Shown: positions 1-11,276 of the stretch, one piece after another
How positions within the stretch are numbered: position 1 is the stretch's first letter
Layout of the letters: the number at the start of each line of letters is the position of its first letter
The notes under the pieces: model-generated
The model's database searches: none
The model's input: the letters and a program-made list of their open reading frames with translations, nothing else
Told to the model about the DNA's origin: nothing
Position numbers and translations under genes: made by a program
Assembly: GCF_000315625.1 (NCBI RefSeq)
Contig: NW_005434661.1
Coordinates: 360,878 to 424,877, forward strand
DNA from: Guillardia theta CCMP2712
Taxonomy: Eukaryota > Protista > Cryptophyta
Direction of reading: 5' to 3'
Length of the DNA: 64,000 bases

Positions 1-332
1 GAAGGAATGCAAAAGTTGTGTGATGCAAGTATGATCTTCAATACGAGCATGATGGCACATCATTTCAATGGTAAAATGAATGCAATAAACATGAAACACA
101 ACGTATGAGTGATGCCTTTCTTGTCGAGAAGGAGCAAGCAGGGGTGGCGGGAATGCAACCATGGGAGATGTTGGGGCTGGGCATGGTCGAGAGAGAAACA
201 GAGATCAGGAAGAGAGGGGAGTAGCCGATGGAGACTATGAGCATGAGTATGACAAGCATGTTGTCGGCATGCCTTCTGAATGATGGCGCCCAGCGTTTTC
301 TGCGTCTCCGCCACAGCCGCGTCCAACTCCAT
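1..332 (-). CDS. IFT54: First exon of intraflagellar transport protein IFT54/TRAF3IP1-like gene (continues off the left edge)
   Basis: MELDAAVAETQKTLGAIIQK resembles the IFT54/MIP-T3 N-terminus (M..AAV..TQ..LG.VI.K/RP.LT). It is followed by AG|GCATGC and a pyrimidine-rich, intron-like tract. Only about 20 codons are visible. Confidence 0.55.
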
Positions 333-376
333 TTCGAAACAACTGATATTGACGGTTACAAACCGTTACTCTATGA

Positions 377-3300
377 ATGAAGGGAAATGAGGGGGATGAG
401 TTGCGGCTCATAGGTTTTAGGTCTGCCGGAATGCAGGGACTGGTGGCGGCGTCGTGCATGCGTGCGGCGGCGATGCTGATGCTAGTGTGCGGTATCATGT
501 CGGAGGAGGCAGTCAGGAGCGTTCCCTCCCTCCTCCCCCAGCCACAGAGCATCAAACTCTTCGATGGTCCTCCTCTCAAGGTGACCTGCTGGCTGGCCCG
601 CTGCCGTGTAGTCTTGTTGATGGAGGTTGCAGGTGGTGGGCTCGACGGTGTGCATCTTTAGGCCGGAGGAGGCGGAGAGCTTGGAGGACACGTCTTCTCG
701 CTTCTACAAGAACGTGAAGAGAGCTTCTCCTAGAGACGTCGAGCTGCTCTTTGGTGGTCACGACGTCAAGCATCCTTTGGCGACAGGTTGCTCGCGGGAT
801 GAGGAGGATAAGGTTCGCCCACTTTGATTGCCTGGTAGGAAACATGGACTCCTGACATGTCGCTACAGTTTCTTATCCAGCTGAAGATCTTGGACGTCCG
901 CAAACGAAAATCCAAAGCTCTTGCCAAACTGCTCCTCTCTCACGAGTCGTACAAGCTGACGGCCCGGAACAACACGGTAGTGATAGCGAGCTACTACGAG
1001 GAAGGCTTGTTCCGAGGGTACCAGACCCTCCTGCAGCTCTTTGAGTCCGCCGGATGGGATGGGAGCTCTAAGAGCTGGATAGGCACCGCGATCGATCAAC
1101 TGGAAATCACAGACTGGCCTTTGTTGGCCAATCGCGGCGTCATGCTCGACATATCCAGGAATCGCGTCCACACGCTTGAGACCTTCATGGGCATCATCGA
1201 CATGCTGGCTAGGGTCAAGATCAACCAGCTGCAGTTGTACACAGAGCACACGTTTGCCTTCGAGAACCACAGTCGGGTCTGGAAGGACACAGGGGCTCTC
1301 AACGGCTCCGAGGTCCTTCTCCTTGCCGAGTACGCGCATGAGAGGTACATCAAGTTGGTTCCGAACCAGCAGGTCCTGTCGTCCCTTCGGGGGATGCATG
1401 CATTGCTGACGGTGATTCTGCAACCAGTCGTTCGGGCACATGCAACACTGGTTGAAGCACGATGAGTACAAGCACCTGGCCGAGCACGAGCCCGGCTCCG
1501 ACCGGTATGTTGAGTCCTTTGACGCCATGGTGAGTTGAAGTGTCTGACGTCCTCTCCTCAGCCTCTGGACGTTCGAGTTCTGCTGTTCGCTCTTCTCGGA
1601 CCGTGAGAAGCTCCCGTACAGTCTGGCGCCAGACGCCAACTCTGTCCAGTTCCTGGACTCTCTTTACGGGGAGCTCTTCAAAGCCTTTCCATACTCTGAG
1701 TGAGTGTCTTCTTTTTCAGGATTGTCTGTCTTTCTCAATAGTGTCTTTCCTTCCCTAGAGTGTCTTTCTTTCCTAAGATTTCTCGGATTCTTGCGATTCT
1801 GATCTGGACAACACTGCAGGAACATAAACATTGGATTCGATGAGACGTACGACCTTGGCATGGGGAAGAGCAGGCAGGCGGTAGCGCGGCAGGGGCAGCA
1901 CCACGTGTACCTGGAGTTTCTCGAAGAGGTCGTTGGTGTGCTGAAGAAGTACAACAAGAGCGCCATGTTCTGGTATGAGATGCTGTGCGACATTTGAAGT
2001 TTGGTGTGTTCGAACGTTCTCCTGACCAGGGGGGACATCATTGCCGAGCACTGGCAGGCCTTAAGCAGACTGCCCAACACCTCAATAGTGATGGATTGGG
2101 GGTAAGACCTGCTCCTCCCCTCTCCCCTCCCAGCCCCTCCCTCAGTCTGCCAGCCCCTCTAGTCTTCTAGAGATACCAATGGACTCACTTCCTACCCCCA
2201 GCTACGAGGCCAGGGCTCCCTTCCGATTCCGGGCCGCTCGGTTCCAGCAGCACGGGGTGAAGTTCTATGTCTGCCCGGGCACAAGCTCATGGCTAAGGTC
2301 CGATCCTACTTCCTCCTCCTTCGACCCGCCCGTGACTTTGTGTGAGCAGCGTCGGGGGGAGGACGGAGAACATGGTTCTGAATGTTCTCAACGCGGCCAC
2401 AGCAGGCTCCATGTACTCTGCCGAGGGCCTTCTCGTGACGGACTGGGGGGACGGAGGGCACATGCAGCCTCTCGCCGTGTCTGTCCCAGGATACGGAGCA
2501 GCAGCAGAGTTCAGCTGGAACATCAACTTAGAGCGCTCCTTCAGTGCCGAGGGCGTGACGGAGCATCTCGTCGGGAAGGTGAGCAGGTTCGTCCTCAACG
2601 ACCGCTCGGGCGTCATCGGGAAGGTCCTGATGCTTCTTGGGAGCCTCTACAAGGTGGTGGGCTCGCAGACCCTGGCCAACCGGAGTGCCTTGTTTGACAT
2701 CTTGATCCTCTCCAACGTCAGAACCACGGTGGTCAACCATGTCATCGTCGGGCTGCACATCACAAGGCACGGCCTGCAGCAGGCCCTTCGCATGCTCAAG
2801 GAGGCCTCGGCGCTGCTCACCGGCGAGCTAGCGAAGTACGACGTGGAGGGAGCAGAGCAGGGGCCCTTGAACATGCACTTGTCGATCAGAGAGCTCATGT
2901 GGGCGGTCAACTTCCTCACGGTAAGTTCTCTCCTCTCACTCTCTCGTCTCGCCCTGCTCGCCCTGAGCTGCTGCTCAGCTCTCGAGTCAAGTCGGTCTTG
3001 AGTGCATCGAACTCGGGGATGCTCGTTGCGATCTCTCGAAAATTCCACGAGCAAGAGGAGAGCAGCTCGGCGTTGAGGCCCAACGCCTCAGGTGACCTCC
3101 GACTCCTCCTCCTTCCTCCCTCCTCCTCGTCCTCTTCCCCTCCTGTGCTTACGAATCGCCTGCTAGGGAGCGGCTGCAGGTCATCTGGCCTGCGAGGAGC
3201 AGGGAAGGAGCTGGGCTCGACGACACTCTCCTGCGCCTGCAGCATGTCGAGGGGGTTCTCAAAACCGGCAAGAGCTCCAGAGTGCGAGGAGATGGACAGA

Positions 3301-3407
3301 CGGGAGGGCAGAAAGCTGGACTTTTCTCCTTCCTCAGCCGCTTCATGAGGAAGAGCGACCCTAGGGGAGATGAAGCGCGAGGGGGGGAGAGGAGCGGCGA
3401 GCTCTAG
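377..3407 (+). CDS. Glycoside hydrolase family 20 (beta-N-acetylhexosaminidase), multi-exon, probable signal peptide; start at ATG 377 or 431
   Basis: Motifs LLPQPQ, DWP..NRGVMLDISRNRV, KINQLQLYTEHTFAF and LVPNQQ|SFGH. Catalytic NIGFDETYDLG (DE at 1839-1844), then FYVCPGTSSW, GLLVTDWGDGGHMQP and C-terminal WPARSR...SGEL* (TAG 3405-3407). Confidence 0.9.
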
Positions 3408-3442
3408 CCCTGGCAGCATGGACCTTTGACCTTTAACCTGAT

Positions 3443-5611
3443 TCAGATGTTGATATATGTTCGATGTGCGCCCCCCTGCTCCTGCTCGTTGCCCAGGAAG
3501 GAGAAGAGCTTCTCAAGGGTCTGTCCGAAGATCGAGTCCTCGGGGAACGCGAAGTTGTCCATGAGCCTCGGATTCCCCTGGCTGCTGCCCTGGTGGCTTG
3601 CAGACGCCTGTCCCTCCACCAAGACATGAGCCGCGGGGGAGAAGCAGGGAGAGAGAGAGATGGAGGGGACAGGAAGACAGGAGGAAGGGAGGGACGGAGC
3701 AGGTAGGAGGGGAACAGGGGAGGCAGGCATGCAGAGACCTTCTTTGCTGCCTCTATGCCTTCGGAATCGACCGCTGGCATGATGGAGGTGGCACTGACGT
3801 ACGCGGGTCGAACGATCTGATCACGTGCTCATATGTCAATGTCGATTCTTCTCCGCCTCCCGCTCTTCCTCTTCTCTCTCTCCCTCCTCCTTGTCAACCG
3901 CAACAACAACGACAGACATTATCATCATCATCATCATCATCATAAGCAGCAGCAGCAGCCAACATGATCATCGTCATCGTCATCCACAACAACTATATCA
4001 GCAGCAGCATCGAACACTTTGCTCCTCATCACCTTGGTGTGGGCATCTTGTCGAGGCGTTGTGATCCGTTGCATTGTGATGCTGAGCCGCGGGGACTGAA
4101 TGGGACTCGTTCCCATCGCAAACTTGCGCGGAGATGCTGCGACGAGGGCGCCTCCCCGGCTGCAAGCAAAGGACGATCATTCATTGACCGAGCATAGAAC
4201 CAGAGAATAACAGGAAGGAGGTACATGGGGGCTAGAGCGACGAAGGAAAGGGTGAGGGCACAGGATTAAATCGTAGGGAGAGAGGGAGAGAGGGAGAGAG
4301 AGGGGGGGGAGGGGGGGGAGGGGGAGAGAGAGAGGAAAAGCTGCAAAGGAGGGAGGGGAAAGCAATTTCACCTTCTTCCGTATCGATCGGACAAGCTTCT
4401 TGGTGTTCGCACATCATTCTTGACTTCTGATGGAGAGGCGATTCTTTCCAGAGCAAGCTTTGGCACCCCGACGCTCTGCAAGCTCGAAGCAGGAGGGGGA
4501 GGCAGGGGAGCTGGATGCTGCATCCTCCTCGTCAGGACGCAGGACCCGAAGTCGCGGGGATCGTCGAAGGACACAAAGGAGCGAGGAGTGCTCATAGGCG
4601 AAAGATGAACGAGTGCTCCCTGAATACGAGATCAGCCCTAGCGCCTCCTATCGTCTGTCGACACCTCTATCGAGACCTTGCTGGCAGAGCTGAGGTCCGC
4701 CCTCCGTGATCTTGGGCTCGTATTGTACCTGTAAGACAAAGGGGATGCATGCGAGGACCGGGAGGTGCCCGAGACCGAGAATGAGTCGCTGAGGTCCATA
4801 GCTTCTGAGTGGCCTGCAGATGCCCACGTGGTGAGCGGGCTTCAGCAGGAGGAGAGGAGACCGTTCTCCTGGAAGCCATGCATGTGTCCGTTGGTTGCCT
4901 GCTTCAGAATGTCGACAATCTGTCGGCGTAGAGTTTGTCAAATCTTCCAGCGGCATCATGGTCATCGCAAACCTCCAACTTCTGCGGCTCCGGCCCCCCG
5001 GAGGCATACATCGGATGGTGGGAGGTCGAAACTGAGCGGGAGCTTGACCAGCATGTACGATGAGAGGAGAAAAACAGCTCACTTGTATCTTGCACTGGCT
5101 GCCAGTCAGTGTAAGGCGGCAATCGAAGATCCGGGCCCGAAGCATGGTTGTCGTACGGCGCTCCACCATCCTCCACCTGCGATCGCTGAGATGTTCAAAT
5201 GTTGTTGCTGCATTCGTTCCTCACCTCCTGTTGACTGCTGGCCAGTATGGGCCCTGCTACGCTTGACGAATCGACGGGACGAAGCGACGCCCTCGATGCC
5301 ACCGCATGATCGGACTTGACAAGGCATCTAGTCAGGCCAAGAGGCAGACGCGGTGAGATGCTCACCACCTTGTTCTCTTCGTGTCGATCTGAACCCTCAT
5401 GTGGCTGAGCAAGTTGACGCTTTCTGCGGTTGAATAGGCAACACCTGCAGGACGTTTCTTCACCCTCCTCAGGATCTGAAACTTGTGTCCTCCTGATGTC
5501 GGTGATACCCGCGTCAGGGCTGGTGTGACTGCCTATGGACCTTGAGATGTACTCTTGATGTGCTTCAACTCGCACATCCTCTCCCTGCCCGCTGTCTGAT
5601 AGCGCACGCAT
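3443..5611 (-). CDS. Hypothetical multi-exon protein(s); 5' boundary uncertain
   Basis: Spliceable exons with GT/AG borders. The last exon is ASASHQGSSQGNPRLMDNFAFPEDSIFGQTLEKLFSFLGNEQEQGGAHRTYINI*. No recognisable domain. Confidence 0.35.
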
Positions 5612-6099
5612 GCCTGGCAGCGCTGCAGGTTTACGTTGCAGCCCAACACCTCATCCATGAAACAAAAATGTGCTTCTCCAACCTGTTGACAACACTGCCA
5701 TTGAAAAGTCACTCTCAACATCAACATAGCAGATGGGAATCGCTCCATAGAGGAATGGAGTCATTCGTCCTATTGTTTAAGACTTGTTTCAATTAGTTCT
5801 ATTCTTCGAAGACTATCTTTGCAAGTCTTCTCCCCAGGCAATCTTCTCTCCTTTAGGATGTCAAACATCCTCGATCCTCATAATACCGCCACAGGGACTG
5901 AGCCACCCTTTCGCCTATCTATGTGTGTCCTCCTTCCATCTTGCCGTCCTTCTATCGCCTCACACCGCCTCCTCTTCTCCTGGTTCTCAGATCCAGCCAC
6001 CACCACCACCACCACCTCCTCCTCCTCCTCCTCCTCCTCCTCCTGCTTCTATCCGCTGCTCCAGTTCAACCTATCCCTCATGTCTCTATAACACTCCTG

Positions 6100-6500
6100 A
6101 GCATTGCGGCTCTGGGTGTAGTACCAGTACCCCTACTTTTCCCTACAATAGTAGGGGTACGGTGATCATCCCACCCCACCTCCCCCTTGATAGGCTCGAC
6201 GAAAAAAGATTTCAAACTGAGATCGGCTGATGTTGAGTAATAATCTCCAGTACTACTATCGGATGTTGAGTAATAAATTGAGCTTGACTCGCCCCGGCTC
6301 GGAGTTTCGGGACTCGACGAAGTTCAGTGAAACTTGGCCCGGCCCGGCGCGGCCCGCCGGTCCCCCCGGGCCCCGGCGGGCCCGGGGGGACTATTTACAC
6401 ACTGCTGTACAATGTACCTCCTACCCTCCCCACCCCCAACCCCCACATTTCGCCACAAGTACCCTGGGATCACCCTGCAAGGATCGTCGACCCCTACCCC
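6100..6500. promoter_or_regulatory. Divergent intergenic block with palindromes and shared motifs
   Basis: Inverted repeat GTACCCCTACT-12nt-AGTAGGGGTAC (6127-6160), direct repeat GATGTTGAGTAATAA x2 (~6229-6276), perfect 14-bp hairpin (6360-6391) and GGCCCGCCGGT (6351-6361). Confidence 0.5.
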
Positions 6501-6809
6501 CTGCATTGTTCCCACGGAAGCGACTACCTACAACATGGCGGCGGACTGGGCAGCGTGAACAAGACCATGCTGAGTAAGGAGAGGAAGGGGAGGAGAGAGA
6601 GTTCAGATGCATCTAGGAGAAGGAGAGAAGTGCAGGACGAGGAGAGGGGGGAAGATGAAAGACGATAACGCGTGATAACGATGTCTACGAAGTGATGTTA
6701 GCAGAAATGAATTTAGAACAGGGTGTGTGTGGGATTGAAAGGAGGAAAGTCTAGCGCTAGTTAAAAGATAGTCATAACAAATCATTGGAGATCGTTACGG
6801 CCGAGTAGA

Positions 6810-8093
6810 TGCATGCTGAGAGGAGGCAGGGGAGAAGCAGTCTGTTGGTAGTGCCACGTTGCATGACCATATTCTGACCGAGAACTTCTCACTTCAAACT
6901 GCAGCGGGGATCTTCAAGCTCGCTGAGACTCTAGGAGCTGTAGCTGTGTTGTCTTCATTCCTCGGGTTCTTATACCTGCCGTTCTCAACCTTGACATGGC
7001 TCAGATTCCAGGTATGCACATTCCTTCTTTCAAGTCGTGACTGAAGTAAATGTCAGGCACCTTTCTGCGTACTGACACTTTCCATCTTCTTCTGCATCCG
7101 TTTGCAAGTAATTACTCTCTTTTTCTCTCTCTTCTCCTTTCTCTCCGCTCTCTCTTCCCCAAGACCCTGCCTCAGTCTCGTTACTTCCATTGGTCGCGTT
7201 TTCGCCCTCGTTTCCTACCTCGCACCACCTTCCTCCACTACCTCACTTCCCATCCACTTGCACGCTCCTTCTCTGCCTGCCTTGCTCGTTTTCACTCCGT
7301 GCCCTGATGGCCTGACGCAGAAATCTTTGAAACATAAATCTGGATGGAATGGTTTCCATCACTCCCTCCACGAGCCCTGGAGAACTACGATACAGCTCCT
7401 TTCTGCACTTCAGACATGGCCAACAATCACCATCTGGATGACAGTGTCGTGCTTCACCAAGAGGCGATACTACGACTACGTACCGCTGCCGAGCGCGACC
7501 AAGGATAGGCCTCTGCTGTGGATCGGAGGCATGCCGCTGCCATGGCAAATCCGCGACATGCATTCTAAAGGTGAGGGAGGGAGTTTGGGGGGATCAGAGT
7601 GACGTGCGTATAGGAGTGACTGCGATCGTCAACATGTGCGAAGAATTTCCAGGTCACGAGTCGTTGTATGCAGACCTGGGGATAGACCAGTGCTGGCTAC
7701 CCACCACAGACTACTGCAACGTGACCCCGGAGGTGATTGCCAAGGGAGTCGCTTTCATTCATCGGAAGATTCAGGTCTGTCCTCGTGCCTGCATCCTCTC
7801 TCAATTTGACGCCCTTCAAAGACTGGAGAATCCGTCTATGTCCACTGCAAGAGCGGCATAGGGAGATGCGCGATGGTGCTCGTGCCCTACCTGGCAAAGC
7901 ACCAGCACATGTCGATCGAGGACGCAAACCGGTGGGCGAGAGAATACAGGCCGGTGAGCTTGAAACTCTTGTGTGATATGAGCAGCTTGTCATGGTTGTG
8001 CTCCTGTGTCAGGCGCTGATTGGAGACGTCGGCAAGCGACCGGGTGTGATGAAGTATCTGGAGAAAGAGAACAACTCGGCTAAAATCAACTAG
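6810..8093 (+). CDS. PTPMT1-like dual-specificity/phosphatidylglycerophosphate phosphatase, multi-exon; start approximate
   Basis: LWIGGMP, GVTAIVNMCEEF, WLPTTDY, P-loop VYVHCKSGIGRC, REYRP. Stop TAG 8091-8093. Hydrophobic N-terminal segments. Confidence 0.8.
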
Positions 8094-8233
8094 AAAGATC
8101 ATGGCGGTTGAGGTTGAAACGCCGACCCTGACGATCTTGAACAAGTGTGAGCGACGATTTTCATGCTGTCATGAGCTAAAGGCTGCTGCCAGCGTGAAAT
8201 CAATTATTTACATATGTGATGAATTATCTCGTG

Positions 8234-10293
8234 CTATCTTACACTGAAACGCATGCCTCTCCGCCCTGGTGACGAATTCTTATCCCTCATGCGCATGATC
8301 CTGTCCTTAGAGCATTGCGTGCAAAGAAGAGAGATCTTCGGTGAACCGCTCCGTGAGTTGCAACGCGGACAGAACGATGAAGAGCATGATACACAAACTC
8401 GTGTCCTGAATGAGCATACTGTACATTTCAAGATTTCCTCTCCCGATTCTTCAAACGTCATCTTGGGAGAAGGGGACGAAGGGACATCTATATTGGGAAG
8501 CGACGAGGAGAAGGAGACTCCCCCTTGGAATGACACTTGAAAGACATCCTTCACGTAAAGCCTGGCTGCCGGGTAATGCTTTTCTCCCGAGTGAACGACT
8601 GCTGGCTCGCTCGCTTGTTTGTTGATCCTTCTGTTGTTCATCTCGCATTCGTACCTCTCGTGACTTTCAGTCTCCAGTGACTTGAACTTCTTCCCACATC
8701 CCAACCTGCACAGAACGAACCGATGGCTGCAATATCGCTGCAGGTGTGTTTGTAGATCCTTTGCCATCAGCTCAGAGGTGCACTGAAGGCAATGAACCTC
8801 TCGATTGCTGCAAATCTTCTGCTGGTGCACTAAGATCTCTTTTGCGGGTATCGAGAGCCCGCAGCCAAGCTTACACGACACCAGTCGCTCTTGACAGAAG
8901 GTCTGCAGATGCTTGTCAAGGTTTGCGTGCTTCACATTCACTCCACACGATCTTGGGCATGCAACTTCTCGCTGACTGCAAACTTCCAAGTTATGATGCT
9001 GTTCTTCCCGGCTCTTCACGAGCTCATTACATAATTCACAAACGTATGATTGCTCTTCACATCCCGCCTTCTGGTGCATCTCGAGCTCCTGTGCCGTCAT
9101 CTTGGTGTTGCACACGTTGCATTGCACTAATCGATTCGGACATCGCTCCAAGTGCTGGTCCAGATTCAGATTCTCGATGTGCAGGCCACAGCCAAGAGGG
9201 CAGGCTGCAGGTTTCGATTCGACGCTGCCTTCAGCTTCAGACTTGTCTCTCTTCTTCCTGATGTTTCTCGATGAATCCCACAACCTCACATGTTTGTCCA
9301 TGCAAGCTGCCACAATCATCTGCTTCTCCCTGAAACGCCCTTCACCTCTCGCAATCACCACAGCACTTCAGCTCACCTGGAGCATGCAAGGCTCATCACG
9401 GCATCGGTGGCTCCCCTGTGGAACTTCACGTGTCTCCCGGAGTTTATGTCCCATTGGATAACCGTGTTGTCCCTCGACTCCCAGAACCTGTTTCCGCACC
9501 CAGTGACCGCAAACTCGCCCAGGAAGCCACAACAGTTGACACTCTCCTGAAGCTCTCGGTCAGAGCCGAGCTCCTAAAACCTTGTCCCTCACCTTATGAC
9601 CCGACAAGGCCTGAATCAACTTTCCCCCCCTCAGGTCCCAGACTTTGGCCAGTTTGTCCGACCTAGGATGCAGACGTCATGGAAGAGAAGTTGAGTTGAG
9701 ATCAGAGCGTCTCCTTACCCCCCCGTCAAACCATACAACCCGTCTTCGGTGACGTCACAGCAAGTAGCCCACCCATCATGCGCATCGATAGACAGGAGCA
9801 GCCTGTCTTCCCGCCTTGCATCCCACACGACGATCTTCCCGTCCTTGCACACTCCGAGAAGTCTCGTGCCGTTGGGGATGAAGCAGCAGTCCAGAACTTC
9901 GTCTTGAGCTTCGAACGACTTGTAAATCCCCCTCCGGATATCCCACACCTTCAGAGTGAAATCTTCACTGGACGTCAAAGCCGTATGCATCTCTGTGCGG
10001 AGTTTGCATCCTGTAACTTTACCCTCATGTCCTAGCATCTCCGCCCTCTCCCTCCCAGTTTGAATGTCCACCAGCCTGGCTGCCCGCCCCCAGTCACCGA
10101 GCAGGATCGTTGCCGCCCCGTCGCCAAAACAGCAGCAGGACAACCTCTTGTTGGACTGGAACGCGATTGAGGAGGAGTCGTCTTCCAGGTTCCAGATCAC
10201 GAGAGATCCTTCCACGGTTGTGGCTGCGACGAGACTCTCCTCCTCCGCAAGCGAGACTCCCGTCCCACCATGCCTCAACCCCTGTTGCCGCAT
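8234..10293 (-). CDS. WD40-repeat protein with C-terminal tandem TRAF-type zinc fingers
   Basis: WD repeats (GHEGKVTGC...SEDFTLKVWD; AHDGWATCC...SDKLAKVWD; MDKHVRLWD) followed by about 7 CxxxC...H...C units (CPLGCG..HLERCPNRLVQC; CKLGCG..HQQKICSNREVHC) and a terminal Cys cluster. Confidence 0.85.
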
Positions 10294-10499
10294 CGGCGCC
10301 CTCGAACCCCCAAACGTCCAACCAGCCCCTGTCCTTCCGGGCAAGGCACAGGGCGCGGACACGCTGCCTTGCAGCTGCCTGGCCTCTCTGGACTTAGAAC
10401 GAGACTTAAAGAATCTCAGACCCTTGACTGTGACTGGCGATGGCGAAGTTGGTTGCGGCCCTAACCTGTCAAGTCTTGAGTAAAGAGAGTCCGATCAGG

Positions 10500-10760
10500 A
10501 TCTCAGTGCCCGGTGACCGCCGGGCGGCCGGGTCGCTGCCGGTACCGGCCCGCGGGCTCACACCTCGGATCGGTCTACACCTTGGTCTGTATGTACATAA
10601 ACTGCAGTAGTGTGTTCGATCGGAAATTCCGGTCCGAGCCGCCAGGCCGATTTCGTACCAGGACATCCAACTAGCCTTAAGTGTTTGGTACCCCAGGACC
10701 TCTTGAGGTCCCTAGCGCGAACGATCTCAACTCCGTTCCTCGGTATCTCACTGCACCGAA
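10500..10760. promoter_or_regulatory. GC-rich palindromic intergenic block upstream of the WD40-TRAF gene
   Basis: Palindromes GCCGGTACCGGC (10538-10549), TATGTACATA (10590-10599) and CGGAAATTCCG-like, plus GGTACC at 10687. Confidence 0.4.
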
Positions 10761-10983
10761 TTATGTGCAACGTGTCGCCGCTGATTCACTCCACCTGAAA
10801 ACCTCTCTTTTCAGTCTTCACAGGTTGAAAATCAGTCTTTTCGAATCCAAAGGATCGCATTGCTCAAGTTCACCTCCTTCCTCTGAGTCCCTTCGCTTCG
10901 CAGGCAGCGGATCCCCCCTGCTCTACGACCCCTCCTCTACCTCCCTCCTGCCTCCTCGCAATCTCCTGGCCTTCTCCATCATC

Positions 10984-11276
10984 ATGGTTGAGCATTGTCA
11001 GCAAATGCAAAAGGGCTTCTCAATGAAATTGCAGCACGTTGCCATGAGGGGATCAACAGCAGCAACAAGAAAGTTGCTCAAGGTAGAGTCGGACGGCTCT
11101 CAATGCTTGAGGAACATTTTGAACGCAAGGCAGCAGAGTCACATCCTTCAAAGTGGAGGAGGGAGGCCAGACACACTGCAGGCTCGTCTCAAGGGCACGG
11201 CATTGATTTGCGCGACACGGCTCTGTATCGAATGAATTTTTTATGTCCGTGTATCGATGGGAACGACCAGGTGTAG
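10984..11276 (+). CDS. Possible small two-exon hypothetical protein
   Basis: MVEHCQQMQKGFSMKLQHVAMRGSTAATRKLLK | ~47-nt GT-AG intron | AAESHPSKWRRE...LCPCIDGNDQV*. No homology recognised. Confidence 0.25.

Noticed and set aside
6290-6400. tRNA or other structured RNA gene in the GC-rich blocks
   Set aside because: No cloverleaf, T-loop GTTCRA context or A/B-box spacing found.
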